Part shown: piece after piece, positions 1 to 12,885 of the stretch
Position numbering within the stretch: position 1 is the stretch's first letter
Layout: the number at the start of each line of letters is the position of its first letter
Virus record (IMG/VR): IMGVR_UViG_3300042691_038938
Source: a virus
Taxonomy: Duplodnaviria > Caudoviricetes
DNA length: 64,000 bases
Reading direction: 5' to 3' (one strand)
Translations under genes and position numbers: made by a program
The notes under the pieces: generated by a model
What the model was told of the DNA's origin: nothing
The model's input: the letters and a program-made list of their open reading frames with translations, nothing else
The model's database searches: none

Positions 1-1435
1 CCTCCTGTTGTAATGACTCTATCTCTAAGAGCTTGTCGTTAAATCTAGTCTGTAACTGTTTAAACTCAGTCAAAACATCAGTGAATAGCTCTAGAGAAAA
101 GGTAGAGTAATCGTTTATTGACTTCTCTATCTTAGTATCCTCAGCCGACGTGTCAAGCTTGAGATTTAACTTAAATGAAAAGGCATTACCGTTTGTCTTA
201 TTTAGAGGGTCCGGTTTGTACTTAGAAATAGGCGGAATCTCAAATTCTAATCCAGACTGTTGTATTCTATCTAAGAATAGTACACCATATAGGTTGGTTC
301 GTATGTCTATTGGAACCCCTGAAGCATCTACGTTATTTGGATCGTATACATCATAGTACACTAAGATCGCATTGAATTCAAAGTCACGATTTGCTACGTA
401 ATCATTGAATTGTGAAAATACTTTTATCTCAGGATTTTCACTGGCTAGTTTGTAATTAGCTAAATCAAAGTCTAGAGATATTCCGTCTAATGTGGTTCTA
501 GGATATTCGACGGATGTTATTCCTAACTGTTTTAGAACGTATTGATCAGTCGCAACATCGTATACACCAGTGTTATTGTAATTATCTGTGTAGTAGGCGT
601 TATTGATCGTCTTATTGAACCAATTACCTGGAGCGTATGCACCAGTATATGAATTTTTAATTTGAGTAAACACGCTCTGATCGTCAAGATCGTAAAAGGC
701 CTTTATTGAAAGCCCAAATGGGTGAGTCTCATTGTATCTTCTTCCAGAGAGATACTCAATGTTTAGAGGATCAATTGGAGAATTAGCAATCGTCATGTTT
801 GGAAAGTAATTGAAATCACTAACTGATTTAAACAGGACGTGAGGCGTTGTACCAACATTCGTTGGCACGTGAATATAGACCTCAGTGTAAGAGTTGGCAG
901 CCGATGCTAGTGAGTTAACAACGTCAATGTCCCCGATGTATTTTACTACACGGTTATAGGTAGAAGTCGTCTCAGGTTTTTCAACGAATCTCTTCTCTGT
1001 TCCAAGAACATTTATGTTCTTTTCTAAGGTATTTGCATCTTGAAAGCGAACTGCTCCTAATTCTTTTAACCACTTCCAAAAGACTCTTTCAGAAACAGTC
1101 AGTCTCTCGTTTCTTTTGTATTGTGGCCTACTTAATAATAATGCCTCAAGGTTAAGGGCATAGTTTTGAAAACTCTCAGCTAAGTTAACGTTATTATCGG
1201 GATTTAATCCCTCAATCAGTGGAGTTTCTCCTGGGGCAGCAAACTGTATCTTGTTGTCAGTCGCTAGAGAATTTGGTTCGCCGATCTCAGGTATTCTTAA
1301 TAGGGCAAACTTGGAAAAACGTACAGCACCCTCACTGTTACTTAAGGTGATATTAATATCCTCAAGCGCGCTTTGAAAGTTGTAAAATATTCCCTTTTTA
1401 TTCTGAACTGGCTTTATTAAAGGAGTTACTGCCAT
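1..1435 (-). CDS. Large hypothetical virion structural protein (partial, runs off window start)
   Basis: Not in ORF track. ATG at 1435 (MAVTPLIKPVQNKKGIFYNFQSALED...), frame open by manual translation to the window start (~478 codons); downstream of 1455..2411 in a late minus-strand operon. Confidence 0.7.
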   Translation of the reverse strand, partial: MAVTPLIKPVQNKKGIFYNFQSALEDINITLSNSEGAVRFSKFALLRIPEIGEPNSLATDNKIQFAAPGETPLIEGLNPDNNVNLAESFQNYALNLEALLLSRPQYKRNERLTVSERVFWKWLKELGAVRFQDANTLEKNINVLGTEKRFVEKPETTSTYNRVVKYIGDIDVVNSLASAANSYTEVYIHVPTNVGTTPHVLFKSVSDFNYFPNMTIANSPIDPLNIEYLSGRRYNETHPFGLSIKAFYDLDDQSVFTQIKNSYTGAYAPGNWFNKTINNAYYTDNYNNTGVYDVATDQYVLKQLGITSVEYPRTTLDGISLDFDLANYKLASENPEIKVFSQFNDYVANRDFEFNAILVYYDVYDPNNVDASGVPIDIRTNLYGVLFLDRIQQSGLEFEIPPISKYKPDPLNKTNGNAFSFKLNLKLDTSAEDTKIEKSINDYSTFSLELFTDVLTEFKQLQTRFNDKLLEIESLQQE

Positions 1436-1454
1436 TTACTTTTTTTTATTTTTA

Positions 1455-2411
1455 TTAGAATTGCTCCATTCCTACCGCGCCGGTGATCAAGAGACGATCG
1501 TTTGTTAATTCATCTAGGATATAAAGCAGTGAAGCATTACTTCCATACGCAGATAAAGTGGTATTAGGAATCACTGTACTTGCAGGATTTACTCCCAATG
1601 AGAAGCTTCCATCATGTAAGATGATTGGAGAGCTAGTATTTTGATTCGTTCCAGCCTTTATGTAAACCGGTAAGGATGCACCGTTTACTGCGGTAAGGAT
1701 TGATGTGAGGTTAACGTCCTCAACAACATCGACGATGTGAATAGTATACCTAGCATTTGGTGCTGGTGGGTTAGTCGCATCGAAATCAATATAGAGCGCG
1801 ATATTAGTGATTGTTCCAATGATGTTACCAACTCCATCGTATACTGGAGGTATGTTCGGTGAAGTCACCGCTTTCAACTTAACAAATATGTTCTGTCTAG
1901 AAGTATTAGTTAATGTGATTGTCGCTTTAGCTTCGGAACCATTTGCAGCAAGGTCCAATACAACAGATTCTTTTGATTCAATCACGCTTGACTTAAAGTT
2001 CACAGTTGAATTAAACTCAGATGGGCCGTTAAATGATGAAGCGTCTGTCACTATCATGTCGTTAACGTTCAACTCATTTAAGCTAGTTATCGCATTAACA
2101 TTAAGCAAGTCAACAGTAAAGATAGATTCGTTTAGACCGTTTTTTTCCAATTTTGCGATAATTTGGTTTGGAGTACCGGTCTGATAGATGATTCCCTGAT
2201 CCTGTAGAATGACTGATTGCGTCTTGATAAAATTTATCGCGTTATCAGTTCCTATTGAGAGAGAATTCACGTCTATCTCCAAGTTATTGATAAGATCCTC
2301 TAATTTAGCCTGTAGAAGTAGGTCATTTGCGTTACTGATGGTTGCGATGTCCGTCACAAAATTAGTAAGCAAGATCTCTTGGATCGGTAAAGAAACTGGT
2401 GTAAATGCCAT
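1455..2411 (-). CDS. Hypothetical late/structural protein (beta-rich, Asn/Thr/Ile-rich)
   Basis: 318-aa ORF; ATAAATA late-promoter motif at 2432-2438 just upstream. Confidence 0.55.
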   Translation of the reverse strand: MAFTPVSLPIQEILLTNFVTDIATISNANDLLLQAKLEDLINNLEIDVNSLSIGTDNAINFIKTQSVILQDQGIIYQTGTPNQIIAKLEKNGLNESIFTVDLLNVNAITSLNELNVNDMIVTDASSFNGPSEFNSTVNFKSSVIESKESVVLDLAANGSEAKATITLTNTSRQNIFVKLKAVTSPNIPPVYDGVGNIIGTITNIALYIDFDATNPPAPNARYTIHIVDVVEDVNLTSILTAVNGASLPVYIKAGTNQNTSSPIILHDGSFSLGVNPASTVIPNTTLSAYGSNASLLYILDELTNDRLLITGAVGMEQF

Positions 2412-2431
2412 TTCAATTAATTATTTTTAGT

Positions 2432-2438
2432 TATTTAT
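2432..2438 (-). promoter_or_regulatory. T4-like late promoter ATAAATA (representative of about 15 copies)
   Basis: Same heptamer a short distance upstream of late genes at 5532, 6692, 23345, 24339, 27380, 41551, 43187, 43715, 44994, 46998, 56659, 60412 (minus strand) and 14079, 17269, 17985 (plus strand); gp55-like sigma present. Confidence 0.8.
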
Positions 2439-2440
2439 TA

Positions 2441-5400
2441 TTAGTAAGGCTTGTTCTTTAATAATTGAACTTTCCTTTCGTTTAATCTTGTTTCTATCTC
2501 ATTCACGTAACTAGTCTTATTCAAGACTCTAATAAAGTTTTGTACTACAGTCTCGTATTTTGTTTTACGATTGTCGTACACTTCAACGCTTAATGTAAAA
2601 TTACCTAAGTCTTTGAACTTCCAAACAAAGAATGGAACTGATCTTACTTTTATTACTTCTTCGCCTGTGATGTCATTTTTTAAGGTCCATACGAAATCGG
2701 ATTTTCCGTCTAAGTTATTCACAACAAAGAAGCATATGGCATTCTTAGGAGCAGCAAAGGTGCCGTTAAAAAGTTTTATGTCGGTTATGTTAAAGACATT
2801 TTGGTCTATTGTGGTAGGCAAGTATCCTATCTGCTCATCGTTTACATATTTCCAATATTTCTCGTCCCTCCAAAAGACTGGATCCTGTACTGCTCCATTG
2901 ATCACGTCGCTAGTTTTAGCAAATAGGAATAGGGTTTCCACATCAAAGACTGGTGAGATGGATTGTAAAAAGCTTATTAACGACGCTGAGAATACCTTTT
3001 TAGGTAGGAAAAAGGTGTACTCATCGTTTTTTCCACCAGCTCCATTACCTCCGCCTCCTGGGCTTGGGCTAAATCCTGGGCTTGGGCTAAACTGTCCTGG
3101 AGAATAGAGCATGTGATACATGATACGGCTTAAGTATTCTGCCTGTGCATGAATGCGACCGTTTATGATCTCATAATTGAATAATCTGATGGCTGGATGA
3201 TTGCTCTCATTGAGTATCGTGATTAGCTCATCAACGGTTGAATAGTTTGGAACAACGTAATCTGAATAAAGAGAGATCTTTATTATGCTTCCTGGAGGTG
3301 GAACTTTGATGTAAAATCCTGCGTTAAAATCATCAACATAAACTAGATCAGTAAGTCGCATCCAATACATGTCACCGACTCTAACGTCTCTAAAATCCTT
3401 TAGTGTTATGGGTATGTCGTTTTCACCTAATCCCCAAGAAAGCTTTTCTGGATGGGATTGTGCTGGATCTAGGTATGGAACGAATTGACCTGTGTCTGAA
3501 TTATATAGCTCTGCCAGATAAAGGTTTTGTCCCAATCCATAGCTATTCTTGTAGAATGAGATCCACTCTAATAGGTTCTTGTAAACGTTGATCTCCACTG
3601 CAGAGTCCTCATTATTGAGAACATTGACCTTTGGATAGTAAATCGGCGATGCTCCAAAATCCTGTAATCTAACGTTACTTAGGTTTTGTACACTGTACTC
3701 AAACTTGTCCTCAAGTCTAGAAAACGCGATGATTTCAGGTTTCATCTGGTCGGAAACAGTCACAAACTTTGAGAATGTGCTCACGTTGCCGCAAAAGTCA
3801 AAGAGCTCAATGATGACTCTATACTCTCCAGCATAGGGTAAAAAATGAGGTAATATATGCAGGTCAACAAGCTTACCCCTATACTCAAAGTTATAGGGAT
3901 TTGGAGAGGCTTTTACTATTCTCCAGTTTATCTCATAATAGTTCTTAAAATCTATGTTCTCTAGGGTCCAATATGGATCCAGTCCAGGAGCGATTGCATC
4001 TAGATCGTCTATTCTTACTCCTCGAAGATCGGCTATTGTGAATCGACCAACATCTGCGGTAAGAACCACTGGGGCACCTATCACCCTTTGAGGATCGTCA
4101 CCAAACTCCCAACTTAACCTAGCGTTAAGATCTGGAATTCTTTGGTCACGAATCTCAACATAATATTTTTCTATATAGTCAACTATTCCTGGTATCTCTT
4201 CCCTAGTGTAAAATTGAAAGGATTCAAATGGATTTTTGCTTGACTCATTGAGTTGAACCACTCCAAAGTCTATTCCATTAGGCTCGGCCGTTCTGTACAG
4301 AGGATCTAGTGATCTTAAAACAAGGTTAGTATCGTTCCCAGGATATAGTGTCACCTTGGCAGGCTCATTGATATCGTAATCTCTGATCTTAGTAGAATCG
4401 CTCCAATAATTGATCGTTAGTTTTTGAAAGTAGATGAACTCCCCTATGATGTCCCTGATCTTTACGTTGATTGGAATGAATTCATTCTTTAGTTTCTTGC
4501 GAAGCAGATCCAACTTATAGAAGATCTCATTAACACTAAAGTCAGTGGTCTCCTGTACGAGAGGAATCCCATCATCGTCAAACTCGTCAGTCATTTGAGT
4601 AAACTCATAAACTAATGCTAAGAACTCTGTCTTTTTAAACTGACTCCCTTCCTTTAATCCTCTATTTGCATCGACTAGATCTAGAGTGTCGATCTTGCCG
4701 TCATCTAAGTAATCGGTGAGATCCACCATAGTAAGAGTATTAAAGTATGGAGACCTGGGATTTGAATTTATCCAATATTCCTTTACTCGAAGAACGTCTT
4801 TGTATCCAAGAAGATTCACGATATTTGCGAGTCCCCTGTAAGTACCGATGTATGGAAAAACTTCTTCCTTGTTTACTAATAGGTTCTTTCTTGCGGCATT
4901 CAACGCCTCAAGGTCTGGATATGCCTCCTTGATGTCGTAGTCCTTAAGCACGTTTGCGTCCTCGCGTAGGAACTTGATTCCAAAGTTCTGACACCATACC
5001 TTAAATCGATCTTCTTCCTCCTCGCCTTCACCATAGAAGGATATCTCAACTATGAGTTCAGTCACCGCTCCTATCTTTCTATGTACAAGCAAGGTCCTTT
5101 CGTACCTAGCTTCAGTGTAGGGATTAAATGCGATGTTTGCCTGTAAAGGAAACCTTAAGTCTAGCGGAGAAGAGAGATTTGAGTAGTCTGAGTGAGCGAA
5201 TGTCTTGGTCTCTATCTTATTGATAAAGTTTTCCTGTAGTTCTAAATCCCTAATCACATCATAGAGAAAGAACTCATCTGAGTTTTTAGAATCCTTCCAT
5301 GAAAATATCAGTGACTCGTTTTGAACTAGAGTCGGAAACTTATAAGCATTACCAACTTTCTCAAGAATAAAGAGGTTCTCATTCTCAAATAGGTATGCTG

Positions 5401-5509
5401 AAATTGGTTCAAAGTAGATAGCCCCTTTCCAGACTTCGTTAATAGCATCGTACTCTAGGTTCAGGTTCTTTCCGAACTTATCAAAGAAGTTGAGATTTTG
5501 AACATTCAT
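2441..5509 (-). CDS. Large virion protein, probably baseplate wedge-like with PKD/Ig-like modules
   Basis: 1022 aa; YIGTYRGLANIVNLLGY..VKEYW resembles the KGT-motif of baseplate wedge proteins; two PKD-like segments (GEYRVIIELFDFCGN; GNFTLSVEVYDN); late promoter at 5532-5538. Confidence 0.45.
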   Translation of the reverse strand: MNVQNLNFFDKFGKNLNLEYDAINEVWKGAIYFEPISAYLFENENLFILEKVGNAYKFPTLVQNESLIFSWKDSKNSDEFFLYDVIRDLELQENFINKIETKTFAHSDYSNLSSPLDLRFPLQANIAFNPYTEARYERTLLVHRKIGAVTELIVEISFYGEGEEEEDRFKVWCQNFGIKFLREDANVLKDYDIKEAYPDLEALNAARKNLLVNKEEVFPYIGTYRGLANIVNLLGYKDVLRVKEYWINSNPRSPYFNTLTMVDLTDYLDDGKIDTLDLVDANRGLKEGSQFKKTEFLALVYEFTQMTDEFDDDGIPLVQETTDFSVNEIFYKLDLLRKKLKNEFIPINVKIRDIIGEFIYFQKLTINYWSDSTKIRDYDINEPAKVTLYPGNDTNLVLRSLDPLYRTAEPNGIDFGVVQLNESSKNPFESFQFYTREEIPGIVDYIEKYYVEIRDQRIPDLNARLSWEFGDDPQRVIGAPVVLTADVGRFTIADLRGVRIDDLDAIAPGLDPYWTLENIDFKNYYEINWRIVKASPNPYNFEYRGKLVDLHILPHFLPYAGEYRVIIELFDFCGNVSTFSKFVTVSDQMKPEIIAFSRLEDKFEYSVQNLSNVRLQDFGASPIYYPKVNVLNNEDSAVEINVYKNLLEWISFYKNSYGLGQNLYLAELYNSDTGQFVPYLDPAQSHPEKLSWGLGENDIPITLKDFRDVRVGDMYWMRLTDLVYVDDFNAGFYIKVPPPGSIIKISLYSDYVVPNYSTVDELITILNESNHPAIRLFNYEIINGRIHAQAEYLSRIMYHMLYSPGQFSPSPGFSPSPGGGGNGAGGKNDEYTFFLPKKVFSASLISFLQSISPVFDVETLFLFAKTSDVINGAVQDPVFWRDEKYWKYVNDEQIGYLPTTIDQNVFNITDIKLFNGTFAAPKNAICFFVVNNLDGKSDFVWTLKNDITGEEVIKVRSVPFFVWKFKDLGNFTLSVEVYDNRKTKYETVVQNFIRVLNKTSYVNEIETRLNERKVQLLKNKPY
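3057..3092. repeat. 18-bp tandem repeat (2 copies) encoding FSPSPG linker
   Basis: CCTGGGCTTGGGCTAAAT / CCTGGGCTTGGGCTAAAC; protein QFSPSPGFSPSPGGGG. Confidence 0.8.
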
Positions 5510-5550
5510 TCGCTTTTTCTTGCCTTTATGTTATTTATTAAGATTTAGAG

Positions 5551-5949
5551 CTAGATGCTGTAAACTGAACTTTCTCCATTAGAATTGATAGAGATGAAAT
5601 CTAGGCTCTCGTCAGAGTCTAAGCCAGTTTTACGGTGTATGCTCTTCCACTGTTTTGCGTAACCGTTTTTACAGATCTGAGTAAAATAAGCAAAGGCGTT
5701 TGGTGTCGCCATTTTGCTCTCGTCAAAGCTCTTCCAATATTTTAGGCAGTCTAATATGGCAGACTGTACGCAGTCTTCCTTGTCTCGATAGTCCTTAAAG
5801 TATAGTCGATCTACTGCTCGGTTTGCGAGTGAGATAAAACAGTTTACTGAGAACTCCGAGAGCTCTCCGTTATTTTTACATTTAATGATGTCAGCTGTGA
5901 ATTCCTTATTATTGATATAGTGGGTGTCCCCTCTTCTTTTTCTTGCCAT
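5551..5949 (-). CDS. T4 gp55-like late-transcription sigma factor
   Basis: HYINNKEF, NAFAYFTQICKN motif typical of gp55; SLDF near the C-terminus resembles the gp55 clamp-binding motif. Confidence 0.85.
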   Translation of the reverse strand: MARKRRGDTHYINNKEFTADIIKCKNNGELSEFSVNCFISLANRAVDRLYFKDYRDKEDCVQSAILDCLKYWKSFDESKMATPNAFAYFTQICKNGYAKQWKSIHRKTGLDSDESLDFISINSNGESSVYSI

Positions 5950-5959
5950 TTATCCAAGA

Positions 5960-6619
5960 TTATTTTGAAAGCTGGTAGACCTTCGCTATTCCTAGATAAG
6001 AGTCCACCATGTCAATGATTGGGGAGACTATTCGTTCCCCATCGACTATCCATTTCTCTTGGTTAACGGCTTGAAAAAGATCAGAGTTCTTTACTGCTTC
6101 CATGCCAGGATCCTCTTTAAAACGTTCAAAGATGTCCTTTTTGTTAGCGTTTCCCTTGCAGCCTATCGCGTTCTTTAGCTCGCTAGGGCTAAAGATAAAG
6201 AGTCGGTCGGCTTGACCTTTTAGTACCTTTGTTAAGAGTTCGTGCTTTAAGATTCCTGTTGATTGTGAAATATCGACCAGTGAGTTTCCTTTAGATCCAA
6301 ATGAGATGCCTTCTAGAGCAACGATTACTTCATCGTCGCCTACTTCAGATAAGAGTTCAGAGATAATTAAATTGATGAGTTCTTGGTAGTTTATCAGTTT
6401 CGTCCTTTCGGTGATGTGATACTCTGGATGAGTCTTTCGGATAGTGCTAGTCTTTAGGATCTTTATGGCTGGATACTTTTGAGTAAGGTAGTCCAAGTTA
6501 GCTTGATCGGCTTTCTTTAGCTTAGTGTTTACTACAGAAAACCACTTAAACTCTTTTAGGTCCTTACAGACACAGATTCCAGGATAAAGAATAGAAAAGT
6601 CTATGCTGACTATCGTCAT
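5960..6619 (-). CDS. RuvC-like Holliday junction resolvase
   Basis: N-terminal SIDFSILYPG, ALEGISFGSKG, ELKNAIGCKGNANK, terminal DMVDSY acidic motif. Confidence 0.7.
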   Translation of the reverse strand: MTIVSIDFSILYPGICVCKDLKEFKWFSVVNTKLKKADQANLDYLTQKYPAIKILKTSTIRKTHPEYHITERTKLINYQELINLIISELLSEVGDDEVIVALEGISFGSKGNSLVDISQSTGILKHELLTKVLKGQADRLFIFSPSELKNAIGCKGNANKKDIFERFKEDPGMEAVKNSDLFQAVNQEKWIVDGERIVSPIIDMVDSYLGIAKVYQLSK

Positions 6620-6704
6620 TCATAACTGATATTTTTTAGATGCTCTAGTTATACTATGCAGCTTTAAAAAAGTTCTTGATTTCAAAAATATTATTTATCT
6701 TTGA

Positions 6705-6815
6705 AAACCTTTGCTATTTTCCCTAGTACAATGGGATGGCGGGTGGGTTACTAGTAGTATTACTTTAATCTTACTTTAATCTTACTAGATAGTACTCTAG
6801 TATACTCGTGCACAC
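6705..6815 (+). other. Non-coding promoter + G-rich + AT-rich repeat element (candidate replication origin)
   Basis: Promoter-like AAAC-N17-GTACAA at 6705-6731 with no ORF behind it, then GGGATGGCGGGTGGG, then TTACTTTAATC x2.5 (6760-6786) and ACTAGT/AGTACT/GTATAC palindromes; lies at a divergent strand switch. Confidence 0.35.
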
Positions 6816-6864
6816 GGAAAAAGCGAAATTTTAAGAATTCCCCTAAATTTAGTATAATATCTCT

Positions 6865-7830
6865 ATGAGATTAGGATACTGTTGCATCAACCTTAGCCTT
6901 AGAGATAAAGGCATTACCGCTAACCGCGGCATGATCAAAAAGACTTGGCAGGAGCAGGGCATGGCCCGAGCCAGCGAGCTTGCGATCCTTAACTTGACCG
7001 ATCTGTATGAGATCATCAAGTGGAATATCGAACATGATATCCAAGTCTATCGCATGTCTAGCGATATCTTTCCCTGGATGAGCGAGTATAGGTTTGAGGA
7101 ATTACCAAAATACGAAGAGATATGCTCTCTCCTCAAGCGAATAGGCTCGCTAGCCATGCAAAACAATATACGTCTATCCTTTCATCCTGGCCAGTTTGAC
7201 GTGCTTGCTTCTCCTAATCCTGACGTGGTTAGTAAGACCATTTATGACTTGGACCAACACGCTAGGATCATGGATCTCATGGGTCTACCTCAAGACTATC
7301 GTTCTCCCATCAACATTCACATCGGTGGATCGTATGGAGACAAGGAAAGCGCTTTGTCTAGGTTCTGTGAAAACTTCAAGCGACTCGCCCCCTCCACGCA
7401 AGCTAGGCTGGTGGTTGAAAACGACGATAAAGCGAGCCAGTTCTCAGTCAAGGATCTCTACTATGGCGTCTACCGTGTAGTGGGTTGCCCAGTCACATTC
7501 GATCACCTACACCACAGGTTCTGTACAGGTGATCTCTCTGCCAGCGAGGCCGCTCACTTGGCTGCTTCTACCTGGCACGGCTTTACTCCCATGCAGCACT
7601 ACTCCAGTTCCAAGTCACTGTATGAGGACTCTTCAGCGATCAACCGTTCCCATGCTGATTACGTCTATGATCTTATTCCAAGCTATGGTCTTGATGTAGA
7701 CGTTGAGGTCGAAGCCAAAGCCAAGGACCTAGCCGTTTTAAAATATCGTCAAGATTTAGTATCTAATGACCCAGTATTACAAAACCCAATTTTATTCGAA
7801 TTTGAAAGTTATGAAAATGTACAAGATTGA
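6865..7830 (+). CDS. uvsE: UV-damage endonuclease (UvsE/UVDE family)
   Basis: RLGYCCIN, YRMSSDIFPW, RLSFHPGQF, INIHIGG, RLVVENDD, FDHLHH, QHYSS, HADY, EAKAKDLA motifs. Confidence 0.92.
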   Translation: MRLGYCCINLSLRDKGITANRGMIKKTWQEQGMARASELAILNLTDLYEIIKWNIEHDIQVYRMSSDIFPWMSEYRFEELPKYEEICSLLKRIGSLAMQNNIRLSFHPGQFDVLASPNPDVVSKTIYDLDQHARIMDLMGLPQDYRSPINIHIGGSYGDKESALSRFCENFKRLAPSTQARLVVENDDKASQFSVKDLYYGVYRVVGCPVTFDHLHHRFCTGDLSASEAAHLAASTWHGFTPMQHYSSSKSLYEDSSAINRSHADYVYDLIPSYGLDVDVEVEAKAKDLAVLKYRQDLVSNDPVLQNPILFEFESYENVQD

Positions 7831-8266
7831 GCTTAATGAGACACAACTAGTAGTGATGCAAGAGGCACTAGAATTCTATTCAAGGTTCCTACATGGACAG
7901 GTCGACCGAATTCCCTTTTCTCTAGACTTTAGGCTAAAGAACGAACATCGTCCTTGCTACAACAACCAGATACTTGATGATGCCTTTTGGGTCATTAAAA
8001 GAGAGATGTTTGGACTTAAGAATCGAGGAGCGTCATATCCGATTGGTGCTAGAACAATAAACACTTTAGAGGAGGACAAGGAGTTACCTGAACCTCAAAT
8101 CGCTTACGAAATGTACAAGATGATACTTTACTTATGGCGCCAGGAATCAATCACCAAGGCAATCACAGAGGGCAAGGATCCAGGCTGGACCGTTCATGAT
8201 GATCTGCCCTTGCACTATTCGGATCAGCCCTTCATAAAAATCAAAAAAATAGAGCAAAATGGATAA
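7810..8266 (+). CDS. Hypothetical protein
   Basis: ORF-track frame 7766..8266; likely start MKMYKIEL at 7810 overlapping the uvsE end. Confidence 0.6.
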
Positions 8267-8852
8267 AATCTTTTTACCCAAGAACCTAATGAGCCTAGTA
8301 TCAAAAGGCAGAGAAAGGTTTCTTAGTTTTTCATCAGACTACATGAAGAAGTATGATAGTCGAGAGAAATTTAGAGTAGGAGTTTCGTGGCACGTTCCCA
8401 CACAGTTCCTTATCGATCTCATGAAGAAACACTCACCGCTAGTTTCCGTAGGAAGCGGTTTTGCATACACTGAGAGCCTTGCAATAGAACAGGGAGTCGA
8501 CATCATACCTACTGATTTATCTCCAAACGTAAATAATAGTTGGTGCAGAGAGGGAAAGTTCTTTTGTGAGGTCGAGGAGATAGACGCAGTGTTTGCGGTT
8601 GACAAGTATAAAGACCGAAATGTGTTTATGGCATGGCCCCCTTACGATACTTCAATGGCATACGATGTTGCCTTTACAATGCTCCCAGGTCAGTGCTTGA
8701 TATACATCGGTGAGGGTTACGGAGGATGTAACGGAGACGACCAGTTTTTTGATTACTTAGAGAATCATTTTGAAGAGGTCGATCGTTTGACCATTCCTCA
8801 ATGGTTTGGTCTACATGATTACTGTTCAGTTCACATAAAAAAATCTAAATGA
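8259..8852 (+). CDS. Putative class I SAM-dependent methyltransferase-like protein
   Basis: LVSVGSGFAYTE glycine loop, IIPTD, MAWPPYD, LIYIGEGYGGCNGD motifs. Confidence 0.55.
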   Translation: MDKIFLPKNLMSLVSKGRERFLSFSSDYMKKYDSREKFRVGVSWHVPTQFLIDLMKKHSPLVSVGSGFAYTESLAIEQGVDIIPTDLSPNVNNSWCREGKFFCEVEEIDAVFAVDKYKDRNVFMAWPPYDTSMAYDVAFTMLPGQCLIYIGEGYGGCNGDDQFFDYLENHFEEVDRLTIPQWFGLHDYCSVHIKKSK

Positions 8853-9421
8853 TGAAAAGTATCAGACTTTGGTGGAAGTTCGATGGTCAGTACTATCACA
8901 AGGACTTTGCAAACGGCATACTAAACCTATGGAGGTGGTTTCCAACAATTTGGAAAGATCGTAACTGGGATCAGTCCTACATATACAAGATAATAGCTAA
9001 AAAGCTAGAGCTTCAAGCGGATTACATCGGTAGTCGCGATTTTCACGTTGACGCTAAACGCGACGCTGAGCGTATGCGGCTAGTCATTAGACTCATTGAA
9101 CACCAATTGGAAGACACGTATGAAATCGAATACATGGATTATCATGATATTAAATACGATTTTATTCCAACTGACGAGACTGAAAAGTGGTATGAGATGA
9201 AGGACACTCATATATCTGAAAAGTACGATGAATTTTTTGCAAAGTATCCCCGTCAATATAAAAGAGCTCTTAGTGGAGAGATTAGTCGATTCAATAGGAG
9301 TGAAGATCCGATTGAGAATAAAAAACTAATAGCAATGGACATATCTCATGAAAACCAAGAGAGGTCTCGTGAGTTATTATTTAAGATAATGAGCGATCAC
9401 ATCGAGAGATGGTGGGACTAA
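8849..9421 (+). CDS. Hypothetical phage protein
   Basis: 190-aa ORF coupled by ATGA overlap. Confidence 0.6.
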   Translation: MMKSIRLWWKFDGQYYHKDFANGILNLWRWFPTIWKDRNWDQSYIYKIIAKKLELQADYIGSRDFHVDAKRDAERMRLVIRLIEHQLEDTYEIEYMDYHDIKYDFIPTDETEKWYEMKDTHISEKYDEFFAKYPRQYKRALSGEISRFNRSEDPIENKKLIAMDISHENQERSRELLFKIMSDHIERWWD

Positions 9422-9431
9422 ATAAATCAGC

Positions 9432-9680
9432 ATGGCTTTAAAAATCATAAAATTTGTATTCATTCCAATCATATTGATTCAGATACTTGTAGTGATCTAT
9501 TTTTCTTATAAAAAGAATAATACGTGTGCCACTAGGATCCTAATGAAAGACGGTACCGAATATCTTGTAGTAAGAACCTTTCACACAAATGATGGCATGA
9601 CATGGATGAAGGACTGTGCAGGAAGTGAAAAAAGTTTTCCGACAGTCGATATCAAAACAATTGAACAAATAAATCAATAA
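9432..9680 (+). CDS. Small membrane-anchored hypothetical protein
   Basis: N-terminal hydrophobic helix (IIKFVFIPIILIQILVVIYF). Confidence 0.55.
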   Translation: MALKIIKFVFIPIILIQILVVIYFSYKKNNTCATRILMKDGTEYLVVRTFHTNDGMTWMKDCAGSEKSFPTVDIKTIEQINQ

Positions 9681-9681
9681 T

Positions 9682-10415
9682 ATGTACACACCTAATGAAC
9701 TATCAAAGATGGTCTTTTTTGACCTAGAAACCGCACCGGAATTTGAATCACTAGATTCTCTCGCGATTCATAAACCCAAGATGGCTGAGCTCTGGTCAAA
9801 GCGTTGTGAATACCTACGCTCTAGATTTGAGGAGAACAAGGACCTTACTGACGAGGAACTTTACACGACAAAAGCTGCCTTGACTCCCGAGTTTGCACGT
9901 ATCGTTTGTGCGTCATTCGGTCGAGTGGGTTATAAAGATGGAGAGGCGTCAGTCATCATCAAAAGTTATAGCTCAACTTCTGAATCTGAAATACTTGACG
10001 GTATTGAAAAAGTCTTTACTAATTTCGCAACAATGAAATTTGTAGGACACAACATCAAGCGATTTGATGTGCCGATGATGTGTAAGAGACTCTTAATCAA
10101 CAGTCGATCTCTACCGAAAGGGCTACAGATTCAAAACCTAAAACCTTGGGAGATGCCATTCATCGATACTTCAGAGTTATGGAGTTTTGGCGCTTGGCAA
10201 GAAAGCTTTGCTTCCCTTGAGTTACTCGTAACATCAATCGGTCTTGATACTCCAAAGAGCGATATTCGAGGAGAAGAAGTAGGTCGAGTTTTTTGGGAAG
10301 AAATGAATGTTCAACGAATCACGGAATACTGTCAACGCGATGTGCTGGCAACAATTCAAGCTCTTTTAAAACTTTCCGGTCAACCGGTAGTAGAAGAGTT
10401 TGAATTACAAGCATA

Positions 10416-10416
<1 letters not shown>
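9682..10416 (+). CDS. DEDD 3'-5' exonuclease (PolB-exo-like stand-alone family)
   Basis: FFDLET (ExoI), GHNIKRFD (ExoII), YCQRDV (ExoIII). Confidence 0.85.
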
Positions 10417-12784
<2,368 letters not shown>

Positions 12785-12808
12785 GATAAATAAACAAGGT
12801 TTAATAAG

Positions 12809-12837
12809 AAAGGAGATAGCTAAACTATCTCCTTTTT
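12809..12837 (+). terminator. Intrinsic terminator after groEL
   Basis: AAAGGAGATAG-CTAAA-CTATCTCCTTT followed by T-run. Confidence 0.85.
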
Positions 12838-12885
12838 GTCTAAAACTATTTTAACTACCTGTGTATAAGCTTTAAAAATAAAAAA

